A stretch of 64,000 nucleotides of DNA from Octopus vulgaris (lineage: Eukaryota), in assembly GCA_951406725.2 (NCBI GenBank), contig OX597842.1, forward strand, positions 17,236,001-17,300,000, in the 5' to 3' direction. This document shows, piece by piece, positions 41,865 through 55,502 of the stretch (positions are counted from its first letter, which is position 1; each line of letters starts with the position of its first letter). The notes under the pieces are model-generated. The model did not search any database. It was not told where the DNA came from and saw only the letters and a program-made list of their open reading frames with translations. A program made the position numbers and the translations under genes.

Positions 41865-42194
41865 ATGATAAGCGGAAAGTGTAACCTCTCGAAAGAGCTG
41901 TTCTTCACTCCTGCTCCAGAGCGTCGGCTGCGGGGTCACTTCGAAAAGCTCTATCTGAGACGATTTCATCTCAATCGAAGGAGAGGGGCTTTCTCCGTCC
42001 GGGTTGCGGATCTGTGGAATAAGCTGCCGGACGAGATAGTGAAGATGCCGACGACCGCTCGGTTCAAAGTCTCTCTTGACCACAAGTGGCCTGAACTCTT
42101 TACATGAACACCACCCTGTACATAACTCCATGTCCCCCTACATGGCCTTGCTTTTTGCTTTTTGAGCCAAAAAATTAACTAACTAACTAACTAA
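41865..42194 (+). mobile_element. CR1-type LINE 3' fragment with (CTAA)n tail
   Basis: LRGH..KL....RR..FSVRV..LWNKLP..IV......FK..LD. Confidence 0.85.
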
Positions 42195-42482
42195 CCCTCA
42201 ATACAACCATAATCCAGTCCGCTACACAGTCACTCCACCACAAATATACTAAGCAAGCTACTTACCACACAGCCACTCCTTCGCCTAACAATTATTTTAG
42301 TTAGTATTTGCACTAAATGAAAGTGAAAGTAAGTATAAATATTACCTTGAAAAAGAAAAGGGACATTTTTTCGTTTTGCCCCTTCTCTCACACACATTCA
42401 TGTGACCCTTTCCTGCCGTTTACGGTTTAACATCTTGTATGTACATCTAGGTCTAAATGATTTACTTTTATTGCATATGCAG

Positions 42483-42574
42483 GTAAAGGCTGGCAGAAAG
42501 TATTTGAGGTAACCGAAAACTCATTTACAAGAAATCTTATTTATTTATTCTGGGACAAATTTCCTATTGAAAAG
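42483..42574 (+). CDS. Exon 3 (GKGWQKVFEV...WDKFPIEK)
   Basis: atgcag acceptor, aag|gtaatg donor; phase 1 in, phase 0 out; open frame. Confidence 0.7.
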
Positions 42575-42879
42575 GTAATGAATTTTTGAAATTACAAAAT
42601 TCTCCAAATTTTAATAAACAATCTGCATATTTGTCAATCTCCTACCTTTGGGCTATTTGACTTTTACCTTTTGTTTTTCGATATTGCAATGGTGTGTGTC
42701 TTTAGTGCCCTAAGCACTGTCCATTTTGTTCTTGTTGTTTAACCTTGATCCATAAGTCTCCCCAAATCACAAGAATCTGTTTTTAGATTCTTGCAGAATA
42801 AAGGAATGCACTCTGTTTTTCTTCCCTTCTTCGTCATCTGCTATAATATCTGGGGTTTTTTTTTTAATTTTTGCTTACC

Positions 42880-43250
42880 AGCCAACGTTTAAATTCTCCT
42901 TTCGTCCCTCATTTAATAACATGCTATCAACATACAGCAGATCAGTAGTCTCCTTTGACTTCTTTCTGCATCCCTTTTGTTCTTCAGGCAATAAATTCTC
43001 CCTTATATATTTCATTTACTATAAGTCCAGTTAATAGTTTCCAGAGAAATGGAAAGTCTATACTTACTGACTTCCTCTCTCATTTCTTTGTCATTCTGTA
43101 TCAGCACCGCCTCTCATTTTGCCATCCTTGTTAGTGCTCCATTTTTATGCAGTCAGTAAAATACGGCTGTGTATACCTGTGAATTCTTGAGAGAATTCTG
43201 AACCAAAATTTCTGAGCATCATCTGGTTCCGGGGCTTTCCATCTTCATAT
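42880..43250 (-). pseudogene. Decayed R4/Dong-like RT fragment
   Basis: KAPEPD, WKLLTG, LLPEEQKGCRKKSKETTDLLYVD. Confidence 0.7.
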
Positions 43251-43498
43251 TTTCTGAAGGTTCTCTTTCACTTTCATATCTCTTACTCTTTTACTCTTTT
43301 ATTTGTTTCAGTCATTTGACTGCGGCCATGCTGGAGCACCGCCTTTAATCGAGCAACTCGACCCCGGGACTTACTCTTTGTAAGCCCAGTACTTATTCTA
43401 TGGGTCTCTTTTGCCGAACCGCTAAGTAACGGGGACGTAAACACACCAGCATCGGTTGTCAAGCAATGCTAGGGGGACAAACACAGACACAAAAACAT

Positions 43499-43531
<33 letters not shown>

Positions 43532-43946
43532 CGACGGGCTTCTTTCAGTTTCCGTCTACCAAATCCACTCACAAGGCTCTGGTCGGCCCGAGGCTATAGT
43601 AGAAGACACTTGCCCAAGATGCCACGCAGTGGACTGAACCCGGAACCATGTGGTTGGTAAGCAAGCTACTTACCACCCAGCCACTCCTGCGCCTATCTGT
43701 TTCAAATTCTAGTAAAAGGACACCAATATTTTAGTGTGGGGATAGGCCGATTACATCCACCCCGGTACTCAACTAGTACTTATTCTATTGACCCAGAAAT
43801 GATGAAAGGTAACGCCGACTTCGGCGGAGATCGAACTCAGAACGCAGCGACGGACGAAATGCCAGTAAGCATTTTCCCCGACCTGCTAACGATTCTGCCA
43901 GCTCACCGCCTTTTTCCTTATCTGCAATATTCGTATTTTCGTGTGT

Positions 43947-44237
43947 GGAGGCGCAATGGCCCAGTGGTTAGGGCAGGGGACTCGCGGTCATAGGATCGCG
44001 GTTTCGATTCCCAGACCGGGCGTTGTGAGTGTTTATTGAGCACTCCACAGACACGTGTACCCTTAACGTAGTTCTCGGGGAAATTCAGCGTGACACAGAG
44101 AGTGAAATACAGGTACAACAGAAACAGGAAGTAAGAGTGAGAGAAAGTTGTGGTGAAAGAGTACAGCAGGGATCACCAGCATCCCTGCCGGAGCCTCGTG
44201 GAGCTTTAGGTGTTTTCGCTCAATAAACACTCACAAA
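43947..44237. mobile_element. Family C SINE with its 3' half inverted
   Basis: Head on + to 44041, body on -; 19-bp ttgtgagtgtttattgagc present as an inverted repeat. Confidence 0.75.
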
Positions 44238-44518
44238 ATCTTTCTCTCCCTCTCTCTTAGCTTTGACCTTCTAACGCTACATTGCATTTCGCTTCTTCTT
44301 CTCTCTCTCCTCCTCCTCTTCCTCCTATCTCTTGTCTTCTCTAGTCTTTTTCTCTTGCACTCAAAGTCTTACTCTTTCCCCCACTGTCCTCTCCATCTCA
44401 TTCTCGCCCTCCTACTCTCTCCTTACATGACATCCTAATCTCCTTTCTCTTCCTACAACTCTGTCCTCCCTCACTCTCTCAGATTCACTACACGTCCGGG
44501 TTTACTTTCTATTTCCAG

Positions 44519-44664
44519 GTGGAATTTCGGTTGAAAAGATCAATTGATTACGTAATAACTTTCAATGGAATAGGGACAAATTCCACATCGTGGTTCCAGA
44601 AAGATAAAATCATTTCTGAGTCCCATCCGACTTGGTATCCAGTGCAATTTATTTTCCATGAGAA
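44519..44664 (+). CDS. Exon 4 (VEFRLKR..FNGIGTNSTSWFQKDKII..)
   Basis: ttccag acceptor, phase 0; F.G.G....SWF motif; weak donor gtataa (otherwise stop at 44687-44689). Confidence 0.65.
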
Positions 44665-45533
44665 GTATAAACAATCTTCTTACTCATAATTAACACTTTC
44701 GACTAATTGTTCCATAGGTAGTTCTTTTTCTATTCTTTACTCTTTTACTTGTTTCAGACATTTGACTGCGGCCATGCTGGAGCACCGCCTTTAATCGAGC
44801 AACTCGATCTCGGGACTTATTCTTTGTAAGCCCAGTACTTATTCTATCGGTCTCTTTTGCCGAACGGCTAAGTTACAGGGACGTAAATACACCAGCATCA
44901 GTTGTCAAGCGATTTTGGGACAAACACAAGCAAACAAATATATATACATACGACGGGCTTCTTTCAGTTTCCGTCTACCAAATCCACTCACAAGGCTTTG
45001 GTCGGCCTGAGGCTATAGTAGAAGACACTTGGCCAAGGTGCCACGCAGTGGGACTGAACAGGAACCATGTGGTTGGTAAGCAAGCTACTTACCACACAGC
45101 CACTCCTGCACCTATATATACATGTATATGACGGGCTTCTTTTCTGTTTCCGTCTACCAAATCCACTCACAAGGCTTTGGTCGGCCTGAGGCTATACTAG
45201 AAGACACTTGCCCAAGGTGTCACGCAGTGGGACTGAACCCGGAACCATGTGGTTGGTAAGCAAGCTACTTGCCACTCCTGCACCTATATATACATATATA
45301 TGACGGGCTTCTTTTCAGTTTCCGTCTACCAAATCCACTCACAAGGCTTTGGTCGGCCTGAGGCTATAGTAGAAGACACTTGCCCAAGGAGCCACGCAGT
45401 GGGACTGAACCCGGAACCATGTTGTTGGTAAGCAAGCTACTTACCACACAGCCACTCCTGTAATAAAAATGTTATCAGATTTTTTTTACTATTAAGTTTA
45501 TTAAATTTATTAATTTTAATATATCAGTTTCAG

Positions 45534-45640
45534 TAACCTGAGCATTAAGATCGTGTATGCTAACAATCGTTGGACAGACGTCAAAAGAAAAAGTGGAAAT
45601 GAGGAAAAATACGATTTTTCTCACAAAGATGAAGTCGGGA
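45534..45640 (+). CDS. Exon 5 (NLSIKIVYANNRW..HKDEVG)
   Basis: tttcag acceptor, gtaagt donor; phase 2 in, phase 1 out; open frame in a unique island. Confidence 0.55.
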
Positions 45641-45659
45641 GTAAGTAAAACATATCCTC

Positions 45660-46091
45660 GGACCTTTTCGGTTTGAACGGCAGTTTTTTAAAATAATTTC
45701 CACGTAACTAAACACTTGTAAACTTCGTATACTGGTAGAATGTGTTTATAAAACATCTTTTCTCTTGGCTTTATTGAGAAAATTCTATAGTTTGTAAGAT
45801 ATTTGTTGTTTATTTTCTTCAATTTCTGGAATTTCAACCAATCAAGGACGTCCATTGAGGTAAAAAAACATTCTGTGCCGTATGAATATGTCCCTCGTTT
45901 AAGAAACAGATTGGGTTTATTTATCTTTGTGAAGAAAGAAAAAAAGATACCCTTCCCCCCACCACTAAACCTAACTAACCCTAACCCTAAAACAGATTGA
46001 AATGCAATAGATCGATACTAGGGTCATAATTATGGGTGACAATTTCATATGACACCGCAAGAAAAAACTGCCGCTCAAACCGAAAAGATCC
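45660..46091. mobile_element. MITE (same family as 32503-32918, opposite orientation) with 9-bp TSD catatcctc; partial copy at 60425-60592
   Basis: TIRs ggaccttttcggtttgaacggcag / ctgccgctcaaaccgaaaagatcc; TSD at 45651-45659 and 46092-46100. Confidence 0.85.
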
Positions 46092-46324
46092 CATATCCTC
46101 TTGATTTCAATGCAAATAATTGTATAACCCTATATGTGTATATGTGTGTGCGTTTGTGTATGTGTGTGTGTGTGTGTGTGTTAGAGTGTGTGCACTGTCA
46201 CATACATATAAATCTTTTAAAATAGATTTTTAAAGCCAAAACAATGCAAGTTGTAAAAAAATTAGTAATACAGGTCGATGGTTTATACTCTTACTGTGTA
46301 ATTCTTCGGGAAATTTACGGAGAA

Positions 46325-46429
<105 letters not shown>

Positions 46430-46437
46430 CAGACAGA

Positions 46438-46536
<99 letters not shown>

Positions 46537-46618
46537 ATAGATAAATAGATAGATGGATAGAAAGATAGAAAGAAAGATAGATAGAAAGATAGATAGATGG
46601 ATAGATAGATAGATAGAT

Positions 46619-46717
<99 letters not shown>

Positions 46718-46784
46718 TAGATAGATAGATAGATAGATAGACAGATAGCAGACAGACAGATAGATAGATAGATAGCAGACAGAC

Positions 46785-46841
<57 letters not shown>

Positions 46842-47152
46842 TGTTTCTTTATTCGCCACACAGGGCTGCACACAGATAGAACAAATTACAAGGTAGAGCT
46901 TTTCTTTTGAAGGTTTAAAAAAAAAAAAAAGGAAGGGGAGTTTCGATCAAAAGGGATCGTAAAAGGAGAGAAAAAGGACAAAAAAAGGGGGGTTAAAAAA
47001 AAAAAGGGGGAGAGGAAAAAAAAAATAAAATAAAATAAAATAAAATTGGTGGCATCTTGGGCAAGTGTCTTCTGCTATAGCCCCGGGCCGACCAATGCCT
47101 TGTGAGTGGATTTGGTAGACGGAAACTGAAAGAAGCCTGTCGTATATATGTA

Positions 47153-47420
47153 TCTCTTATTATAAAAGGCAGATTTTATCTGCCTCCCTTTGGGAGTTAT
47201 ACAAATCTACAATATAGGATTTCTTCAATTACAATTTACCTAGCATTTTTAAGGGTACAATGCATCGCGTCATGCCAGGTCCAGTTTTTAAAATTTCAAC
47301 TCCAATTAAGCAAAATTTACAGAAAACTCACATTCTGGTGTGTGTCAAATGCTTTTCTTAGTCTGGTTTACACCACACGCAAACGCACACACACAGTGGG
47401 CAACGAATAAAATGAAAGTA
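47153..47420 (+). mobile_element. Helitron-like 5' segment, duplicated at 48973-49240
   Basis: A|TCTCTTATTATAAAAGGCAG start; near-identical second copy directly follows a Helitron CTAG end. Confidence 0.55.
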
Positions 47421-47949
47421 AATAGCGACAGAGTGATTTGAGGAAGACTAAAGTGAAAGTATTCTGTCTATGACGCTGATAGATACATGAGTAAAATGTA
47501 TGGGAAGCTAAGAGCTAAGAGTGAGTGAAAATGTTCTTGGAAGAGAGTAATTAGTAATAAAGTAAACATACATACATACATACATACATACATACATACA
47601 TACATACATACATACATACATACATACACACACACACATACACACACACATACATACATACACACAGACACATACATACACACACACACATACATACATA
47701 CACACATACATACATACATATACATACATACATACATATACATACATACATACACACACACATACACACACACACAGTATTGAAGCTTGAGAACAATCAG
47801 ATACATTTGCAACACATCTGTTGAAAATATTATTGTTCACACACATACATATACATATATACATATAGACAGACAGACAGATAGACACACACACACACAT
47901 GATCCAGCATGGCCACAACCTCAAGGCTGAAACATATAAAAGAATAACA

Positions 47950-48320
47950 GAATATAAATGTGTGCAAAGTACAAGAAATATTAATGCAGTATATGGGGAT
48001 TGGACAATAAGCGTAAGGCAGTGTCAATGGTGGTTCCAGAAATCCCGAGCCATAAACTACAGCCTAGAAGACGAGCCTCATCCTGAAAGATCTGTAGAAC
48101 TCGACAAGGACATCCTGAAAACCCTGGTGGAACAAAATATCATCGTAACTGTTGAGGAACTAGCAGAGAAGCTTGGATTTGGTCATTCAACCATTCATTG
48201 ACACCTGTGTGCTATCGGAAAAGTCAGCAAATTGGGTCAATGGGTTCCTCACGAACTTTCCGAGTCTAATTGCATGCAGAGAGTGAATGTATGCTTTTCT
48301 TTGCTGTCATATCTCACCAC
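47950..48320 (+). pseudogene. Mariner transposase N-terminal fragment
   Basis: RNINAVYG..QWWFQK..LEDEP..TVEELAEKL..GKVSKLGQWVPHEL. Confidence 0.85.
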
Positions 48321-48336
48321 TACTGCGCTATGTATA

Positions 48337-48972
48337 TCTATATATATAAAACTGTAGTTGTGTGAGTGTCTGTCCCCTTCGATTTAGATTCCTAACTACT
48401 CCCACATTTTGCGGTACAGTTTAACCAAATTCGGGTAGCTTATAGTCGTGATTCATATCGAGCCCGTCTGAATATTAGCGCGCGTCTACGATGAGTCTAC
48501 GATTTTAAAAATAATTTAACATCATTTTTATTCCATTTTAATGCATAATTTTTCGTGTGTCGATGGCGGCGGAGTTGGCGTCCACGCTCACACCTGCACC
48601 TGTGGGGAAGGGAGTGTAAGGAAATCAACGTCGTAATGCGTTGTCAAGGAGACCAGTGTTCTTTTAGAACAACGACTTCATGGCTTGAAGACACCAAAAC
48701 AGAAATGGCTAAGAAAGCGTCTACATGAGTCTACGATTTAAAAAAAAATTTACCATCGTTTTTTTTCCATTTTAATGCATTTTTTCGCTATTATATAAGG
48801 GAAGTAACTCTCTAAAAATGTCTACGATGAGTCAACGATTTTAAAAAAAATTTACCATCATATTTTTTCCATTTTTAATGCATTTTTTGCTATTTTTTGG
48901 CTATAACTCTCTAAAAATGCTTATATAGTTATTTCCCTTACAAACCCGAGCAACGCCGGGCGATACTGCTAG
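48337..48972 (+). mobile_element. Non-autonomous Helitron
   Basis: A|TC start; cccgagcaacgccggg hairpin; CTAG|T end. Confidence 0.85.
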
Positions 48973-49485
48973 TCTCTTATTATAAAAGGCAGATTTTATC
49001 TGCCTCCCTTTGGGAGTTATACAAATCTACAATATAGGATTTCTTCAATTACAATTTACCTAGCATTTTTAAGAGTACAATGCATCGCGTCATGCCAGGT
49101 CCAGTTTTTAAAATTTAAACTCCAATTAAGCAAAATTTACAGAAAACTCACATTCTGGTGTGTGTGTCAAATGCTTTTCTTAGTCTGGTTTACACCACAC
49201 GCAAACGCACACACACAGTGGGCAACGAATAAAATGAAAGTAATTCACTTACTGTAGTGAGTGATTCTTTCACTCTGCCTCCCACTTCCTCTTTCCACAC
49301 ATAGACACGCAAATATATAAATAAAATTGTAAGCTAACGTGCGTGTGTGTGAATGTGTGTGTGTGTGTGTGCGCGTGTATGTGTGTGTGAGGGTGCGTGT
49401 GTGTGTGTGTGTGTGTGCGTGTGCGTGAGTGTGTGACAGGAAAGTTTTTTACGACGAATATAAGACCTATATCCAAGTAGCAGAA

Positions 49486-49752
49486 AGATAAGACAGTAAG
49501 GTGTGATTTGAGGGAGATTTGGCTGCTATTTCTACCATGTCTAGCTGCCATGTAGGGGCCTCCCTCATAGGCTCATACATACATATATACATAGATAAGA
49601 CAGTAAGGTGTGATTTGGGGGAAATTTGGCTGCTGTTTCTACCAGGTCTAGCTACCATGTAGAGGTCCCCCTCATTGGCTCATATATATATACATACATA
49701 AGACAGTAAGGTGTGATTTGAGGGAGATTTGGCTGATGTTTCTACCAGGTCT
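49486..49752 (+). repeat. ~105-bp tandem repeat, ~2.5 copies
   Basis: ataagacagtaaggtgtgatttg..ttggctgctatttctacc recurs three times. Confidence 0.8.
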
Positions 49753-50113
49753 GTTAGGCCTTCTCATGTAAACTCAAGCTTTCTCATGCCTTGAACATAA
49801 GACCAAAGCAGAGAATGTATTCTTTTATTCTTCTGCTTTTTCCAGCCATTGGTCTGTGGCCATGCTGGGGCAATGCCTTGAAGAATTGTAGTTTAATGAA
49901 TCAACTCCAGTTTTATTTTTGTAAGCATTGTATTTATTCTATCTGTTTCCTTTGTCAAACCACTAGGTGACAGGGATGTAAACAAACCAACATTCGTTGT
50001 CAAGCAGTGGTGGAGGACAATCACAAGCACAGACACGCACACACACACACATACATGCATACACATATACACACATACATACATACATATATATATGTGT
50101 GTGTATATATATA

Positions 50114-50372
50114 TTGCAGCGTGGAAGGTGTTTGTAAGCCATTTAAGAAACACACAAAAACCGTTACATTCACTTCAACATTTAAATTTAATTTGCCAAA
50201 ATATTTTCGTTGCTTTGAGACCGCGACCTGTTCACTGACAAAAATATCGTGCTAACAGGTCGCGGTCTCAAAGCGACGAAAATATTTTGACAAATTAAAT
50301 TTAAATGTTGAAGTGAATCTAACGGTTTTTGTGTGTTTCTTAAATGGCTTATAAACACCTTCAACGCTGCAA
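50114..50372. repeat. ~118-bp-arm foldback with a ~22-nt spacer
   Basis: ttgcagcgtggaaggtg..gcgacctgtt / aacaggtcgc..caccttcaacgctgcaa. Confidence 0.85.
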
Positions 50373-50536
50373 CTGTTTTCGTTCCAGCACACGATCTCAG
50401 ATCAAGTCACTTGCTATGCAAGTACATCTCTGTAACTATATATATATTTTTATATATATATATATATGTATATTGGTAAAAACAGTAAGATCACAAAAGA
50501 AAGAAAGAGACCTCAATATTATGTCAATAGAGGAAA

Positions 50537-50931
50537 TCTTTATATATAAAAGTGAGGTTGTGTGTCTGTCTCCTACGATTTAGATTCCTAACTACTCCCA
50601 CATTTTGCAGTGCAGTTTAACCAAAACCGGGTATCTTATAGTCGTGATTCATATCGAGACCGTCTGGGTATTAGCGCGCGTCTACGATGAGTCTACGATT
50701 TTAAAAAATATTTACTATCAATTTTTCCCATTTTTAATCCATTTTTGACATATATAAGGGAAGTAACTCTCTAAAATTTATTATTAAATCTCAGAACGTA
50801 AAAAGCTACAGTAACACCCCTCCCCCTTTGTGGTTAGCCATATTGAGATGGCTATTATACTTTACATCTCTAAAAATGCTTATATAATTATTTCCCTTAC
50901 AAACCCGAGCAACGCCGGGCGATACTGCTAG
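50537..50931 (+). mobile_element. Non-autonomous Helitron (family of 48337-48972)
   Basis: TC..hairpin..CTAG ends; shared internal sequence. Confidence 0.85.
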
Positions 50932-52404
50932 TATATATATATATTACTATATTCAGCTATAAATAATAAAGCAAATCCTACTCCTCCATACTCAACATTA
51001 AAACCAGAAACTAACTCTGATTCCCCTTCAGCAAAATCAAAAGGAGCTCGATGAGTCTCCGCAATTATTGACACAACCCACATTATAAATATAAAAAAAT
51101 TAACAAAAAAAATTCAACAAATATATTGATATTTTAACAAATTCACTAAACTAATACTTCCCACCAACAACAAACAATATGTGTGTGAATATGTTTGTGA
51201 ATATATATCCTCCAGGCTTCATCAGGTGTCTTAGGGAAATTTCGTGTGTGAAAATATGTGTGTGAATATGTGTGTGAATATGTTTGTGTGTCTGTGTTTG
51301 TTCCCCTAGCATTGCTTGACAACCGATGCTGGTGTGTTTACGTCCCCGTCACTTAGCGGTTCGGCAAAAGAGACCGATAGAATAAGTACTGGGCTTACAA
51401 AGAATAAGTCCCGGGGTCGAGTTGCTCGACTAAAGGCGGTGCTCCAGCATGGCCGCAGTCAAATGACTGAAACAAATAAAAAGGGTAAAAAAAGAGTAAA
51501 AAGAGAGAGAGTAAGAGTGATCAATAGGGATCGTTATCACAGAAATGTCAATATGAAGTGTAAAGGGGAGGACAGGTGAGGTTTACCCGTGGAAAGAAAA
51601 GCCTACGGAAAAGACCACGGTAGCCTCGGTCAATGGAGTCACATGTTGTATTTCTTTTTTTTTGCGAATAAGCAACTCTCTGTTTTCAATTTCTGGGTTC
51701 ATAGGATCATGCTCAAAGTGGCTTCGTCATTCATACGTGCCATTCTTGCTACATTCACCCATCTTTTTTTAAAACATTCGCTAGACAAAACTTGCCTCTC
51801 TACTCTCACTTTCCTTTTCAAGTGGTACTTGAAGAAGTTGATGAGAGATTGACCAGAGAGGAAAGTGTTTGTCTCCAATCCTTTCAGACGCGTCCACCAG
51901 ATACATTCTTTCGACATAGCCACAAGGATGATGAAAATAGCTCTTCCTTCCCGTTTGAAGGAAGGAGGCGTGACAATATTGACGATAGACTCAGCTGATA
52001 AACCGACTCGTCCCACACGTGACAGCAGTTGTTCGACATAAGCCCACAGGTCGGAAATTGTTGGACACTGCACGAGTGCGTGCAGAACGGTTTCGTCGCT
52101 CTGACCGCATCTCGGGCAGGTCGGCCCCGTGTTTCTCGAGCCGTGTCTGTAGAGCTTATCCCGAACGGGTAGCGCTTCTCGGTAGCACTGCCAGGCCAGG
52201 GATCTCTGGAAGTTGTCCATGAGCCCTGGCTCGAAAGTCGCCCTGAACAGTCGGGTCAGGTACTCCTCGTCGACGTCTAGGTTCGCCCCGAGCTCGTCGT
52301 CGTACCTCCCCTCCACTAAACCCCTATAGAATGCTTTGGTTGTGTTGAAGCGAAAGCATTTAGAGAGAGAGAGAGATAGATAGCAGACAGACAGATAGAT
52401 AGAT

Positions 52405-52443
<39 letters not shown>

Positions 52444-52458
52444 TAGATACCTAGATAA

Positions 52459-52511
<53 letters not shown>

Positions 52512-52520
52512 AAGATAGAT

Positions 52521-52607
<87 letters not shown>

Positions 52608-52616
52608 AAGATAGAT

Positions 52617-52696
<80 letters not shown>

Positions 52697-52697
<1 letters not shown>

Positions 52698-53665
52698 TGT
52701 TTCTTTATTAGCCACACAGGGCTGCACACAGATAGAACAAATTACAAGGTAGAGCTTTTCTTTTGGGGGTAAAAAAAAAGAGAGTGGTGGTTTTCGATCA
52801 AAAGGGATCGTAAAAGTAAAGAAAAAGGACAAAAAGAGGGAGGGGTTAAAAAAAAGGGTGGGGGAGAGGAAAAAAAATGAATAATAGGGATCGTTATCAC
52901 AGAAATGTCAATATGAAGTGTAAAGGGGAGGACAGGTGAGGTTTACCCGTGGAAAGAAAAGCCTACGGAAAAGACCACGGTAACCTCGGTCAATGAAGTC
53001 ACATGTTATATTTCTTTTTTTTGCAAATAAGCAACTCTCTGTATTAATTTTTATGGTTCATAGAATCATAGTCAAGGTGGCTTCGTCATTCATACGTGCC
53101 ATCCTTGCTACATTCACCCATCTTTTTTTAAAACATTCACTAGACAAAACTTGCCTCTCTACTCTCACTTTCCTCTTCAAGTGATACTTGAAGAAGTTGA
53201 TGAGAGATTGACCAGAGAGGTAAGTGTTTGTCTCTAATCCTTTCAGGCGCGTCCACCAGATACATTCTTTCGCCATAGCCACAAGTATGATAAAAATAGC
53301 TCTTCCTTCCCGTTTGAAGGAAGGATGCGTGACGATATTAACGATAGACTCGGCGGATAAACCGACACGTCCCACACGTGACAGCAGTCGTTCGACATAA
53401 GCCCACAGGTCGGAAATTGCTGGACACTGCACGATTGCGTGCAGAGCGGTTTCGTCGCTCTGCCCGCATCTCGGGCAGGTCGGCCCCGGGTTTCTCGAGC
53501 CATGCCTATAGAGCTTATCCCGAACGGGTAGCGCTTCTCGGTAGCACCGCCAGGCCAGGGATCTCTGGAAGTTGTCCATAGGTCCCGGGCCGAAAGTCGT
53601 TTGAAACAGGCGGGTCAGGTATTCCTCGTCGACGCCCAGGTTTGCCCTGAGCTCGTCGTCGTACA
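52697..53665 (-). mobile_element. Tx1/L1-like LINE 3' end in (GATA)n
   Basis: zf-RVT-like CPRC..H...C; AATAAA just before (ATCT)n. Confidence 0.8.
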
Positions 53666-53670
53666 TAGAT

Positions 53671-53734
<64 letters not shown>

Positions 53735-53736
<2 letters not shown>

Positions 53737-54880
53737 GTTTCTTTATTGGCCACACAGGGCTGCACACAGATGGGACAAGTTACAAGGTAGAGCTTTTCTT
53801 TGGGGGGAGAAAAAAAGGGTGGCGTAGGTTTTCGATCAAAAGGGATCGTAAAAGGGATAAAAGAACAAAAAAAAAGAAAAAAAGAAAAAAGGCAAAGAAA
53901 AAAAAGAAAAAAAGGATAAAAAAAAAGTGAAAAGAAGAAAAGAAAAATGAAAAAAGAAGAAAAAAGAGGAAAAAAGGGGGAGAGGAAAAAAACGATCAAA
54001 AGGGATCGTGTATCACAGTGTCATGATGTATGGTGTAAAGGGGAAAGTAAGTAAGGTTTATCCGTGGGAAGAAAAGCCTACGAAAGAGACCACGGTAACC
54101 TTGGTCAATATTGTTATATGTTACCACATTTGTTTGCAAGTGGGTAACCCTCTGTTTTCAATTTCTGGGTTCATAGGATTATGCTCAAGGTGGCTTCGTC
54201 ATTCATACGTGCCATCCTTGCTACATTCACCCATCTTTTTTTAAAACGTTCGCTAGACAAAACTTGCCTCTCTACTCTCACTTTCCTTTTCAAGTGGTAC
54301 TTGAAGAAGTTGATGAGAGGTTGACCAGAGAGGAAAGTGTTTGTCTCCATTCCTTTCAGACGCGTCCACCAGATACATTCTTTCGACATAGCCAGAAGGA
54401 TGATGAAAATAGCTCTTCCTTCCCGTTTGAAGGAAGGAGGCGTGACAATATTGACGATAGACTCAGCTGATAAACCGACTCGTCCCACACGTGACAGCAG
54501 TTGTTCGACATAAGCCCACAGGTCGGAAATTGTTGGACACTGCACGAGTGCGTGCAGAACGGTTTCGTCGCTCTGACCGCATCTCGGGCAGGTCGGCCCC
54601 GTGTTTCTCGAGCCGTGTCTGTAGAGCTTATCCCGAACGGGTAGCGCTTCTCGGTAGCACTGCCAGGCCAGGGATCTCTGGAAGTTATCCATGGGCCCTG
54701 GCCCGAAAGTCGTCCCGAACAGGCGGGTCAGGTATTCCTCGTCGACGTCCAGGTTCGCCCCGAGCTCGTCGTCGTACCTCCCCTCCACTAATCCCCTATA
54801 GAATGCTTTGGTTGTGATGGAGTCACTCAAGGTTGACCCAGGACGGCAGAGTTGCTTGAGAGCAACGCGACACTCGCGGA
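53735..54880 (-). mobile_element. Tx1/L1-like LINE 3' end in (GATA)n
   Basis: Same family; ORF 54171-54830. Confidence 0.8.
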
Positions 54881-54946
54881 TGGCTAGATAGATATAAACA
54901 GACAGACAGACAGACAGACAGATAGATAGCTAGCTAGCTAGCTAGC

Positions 54947-55029
<83 letters not shown>

Positions 55030-55107
55030 GGAGAGAGAGATACGTGTATGATCGTCGAATTAACTTCATAAATTTTTAACAAATTTTTCCTTTCATTTTT
55101 CTTTGAG

Positions 55108-55157
55108 ATGAGATCTCTCGTTACAATGCACTGATCGTCTCAATACTTTTAAAATAG
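55108..55157 (+). CDS. Candidate terminal exon (N-EISRYNALIVSILLK*)
   Basis: Strong polypyrimidine tract but GAG acceptor; phase 1 fits exon 5; model totals 735 nt. Confidence 0.3.
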
Positions 55158-55242
55158 AATATATATATATATATTAAGAAAAAAGCATATATATATATAT
55201 ATATATTATATGTAAGAATATATATATATATATCTATATTAA

Positions 55243-55273
<31 letters not shown>

Positions 55274-55458
55274 CATTCGGGGTCGATAAATTATGTACCA
55301 GTTACGCACTGGGGTCGATATAATCGACTTAGTCCCTTTGTCTGTCCTTGTTTGTCTCCTCTGTGGTTAGCCCCCTGTGGGCAATAAAGAATTATGAAAT
55401 AATAATAACATCGAAAACTATCTTAAGAATGAGAACCCAAGTTCGAAATTTCCCTAAG

Positions 55459-55502
55459 ACACCTGATGAAGCCTGGAGGATATATCAGCCGAAACATTGT
55501 GT
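55459..55502 (+). ncRNA. Minimal, partly decayed hammerhead; truncated inverted copy at ~51205-51244
   Basis: acac CTGATGA agcctg-gaggatatat-cagcc GAAA ca TT gtgt. Confidence 0.5.

Larger units (their letters stand above)
46841..52345 (-). mobile_element. Tx1/L1-like LINE 3' end split in two (46841-47035 and 51518-52345) by ~4.5 kb of other sequence
   Basis: The two pieces are contiguous in the sister copy 52697-53665; zf-RVT-like CPRCGQSDETVLHALVQC. Confidence 0.75.
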
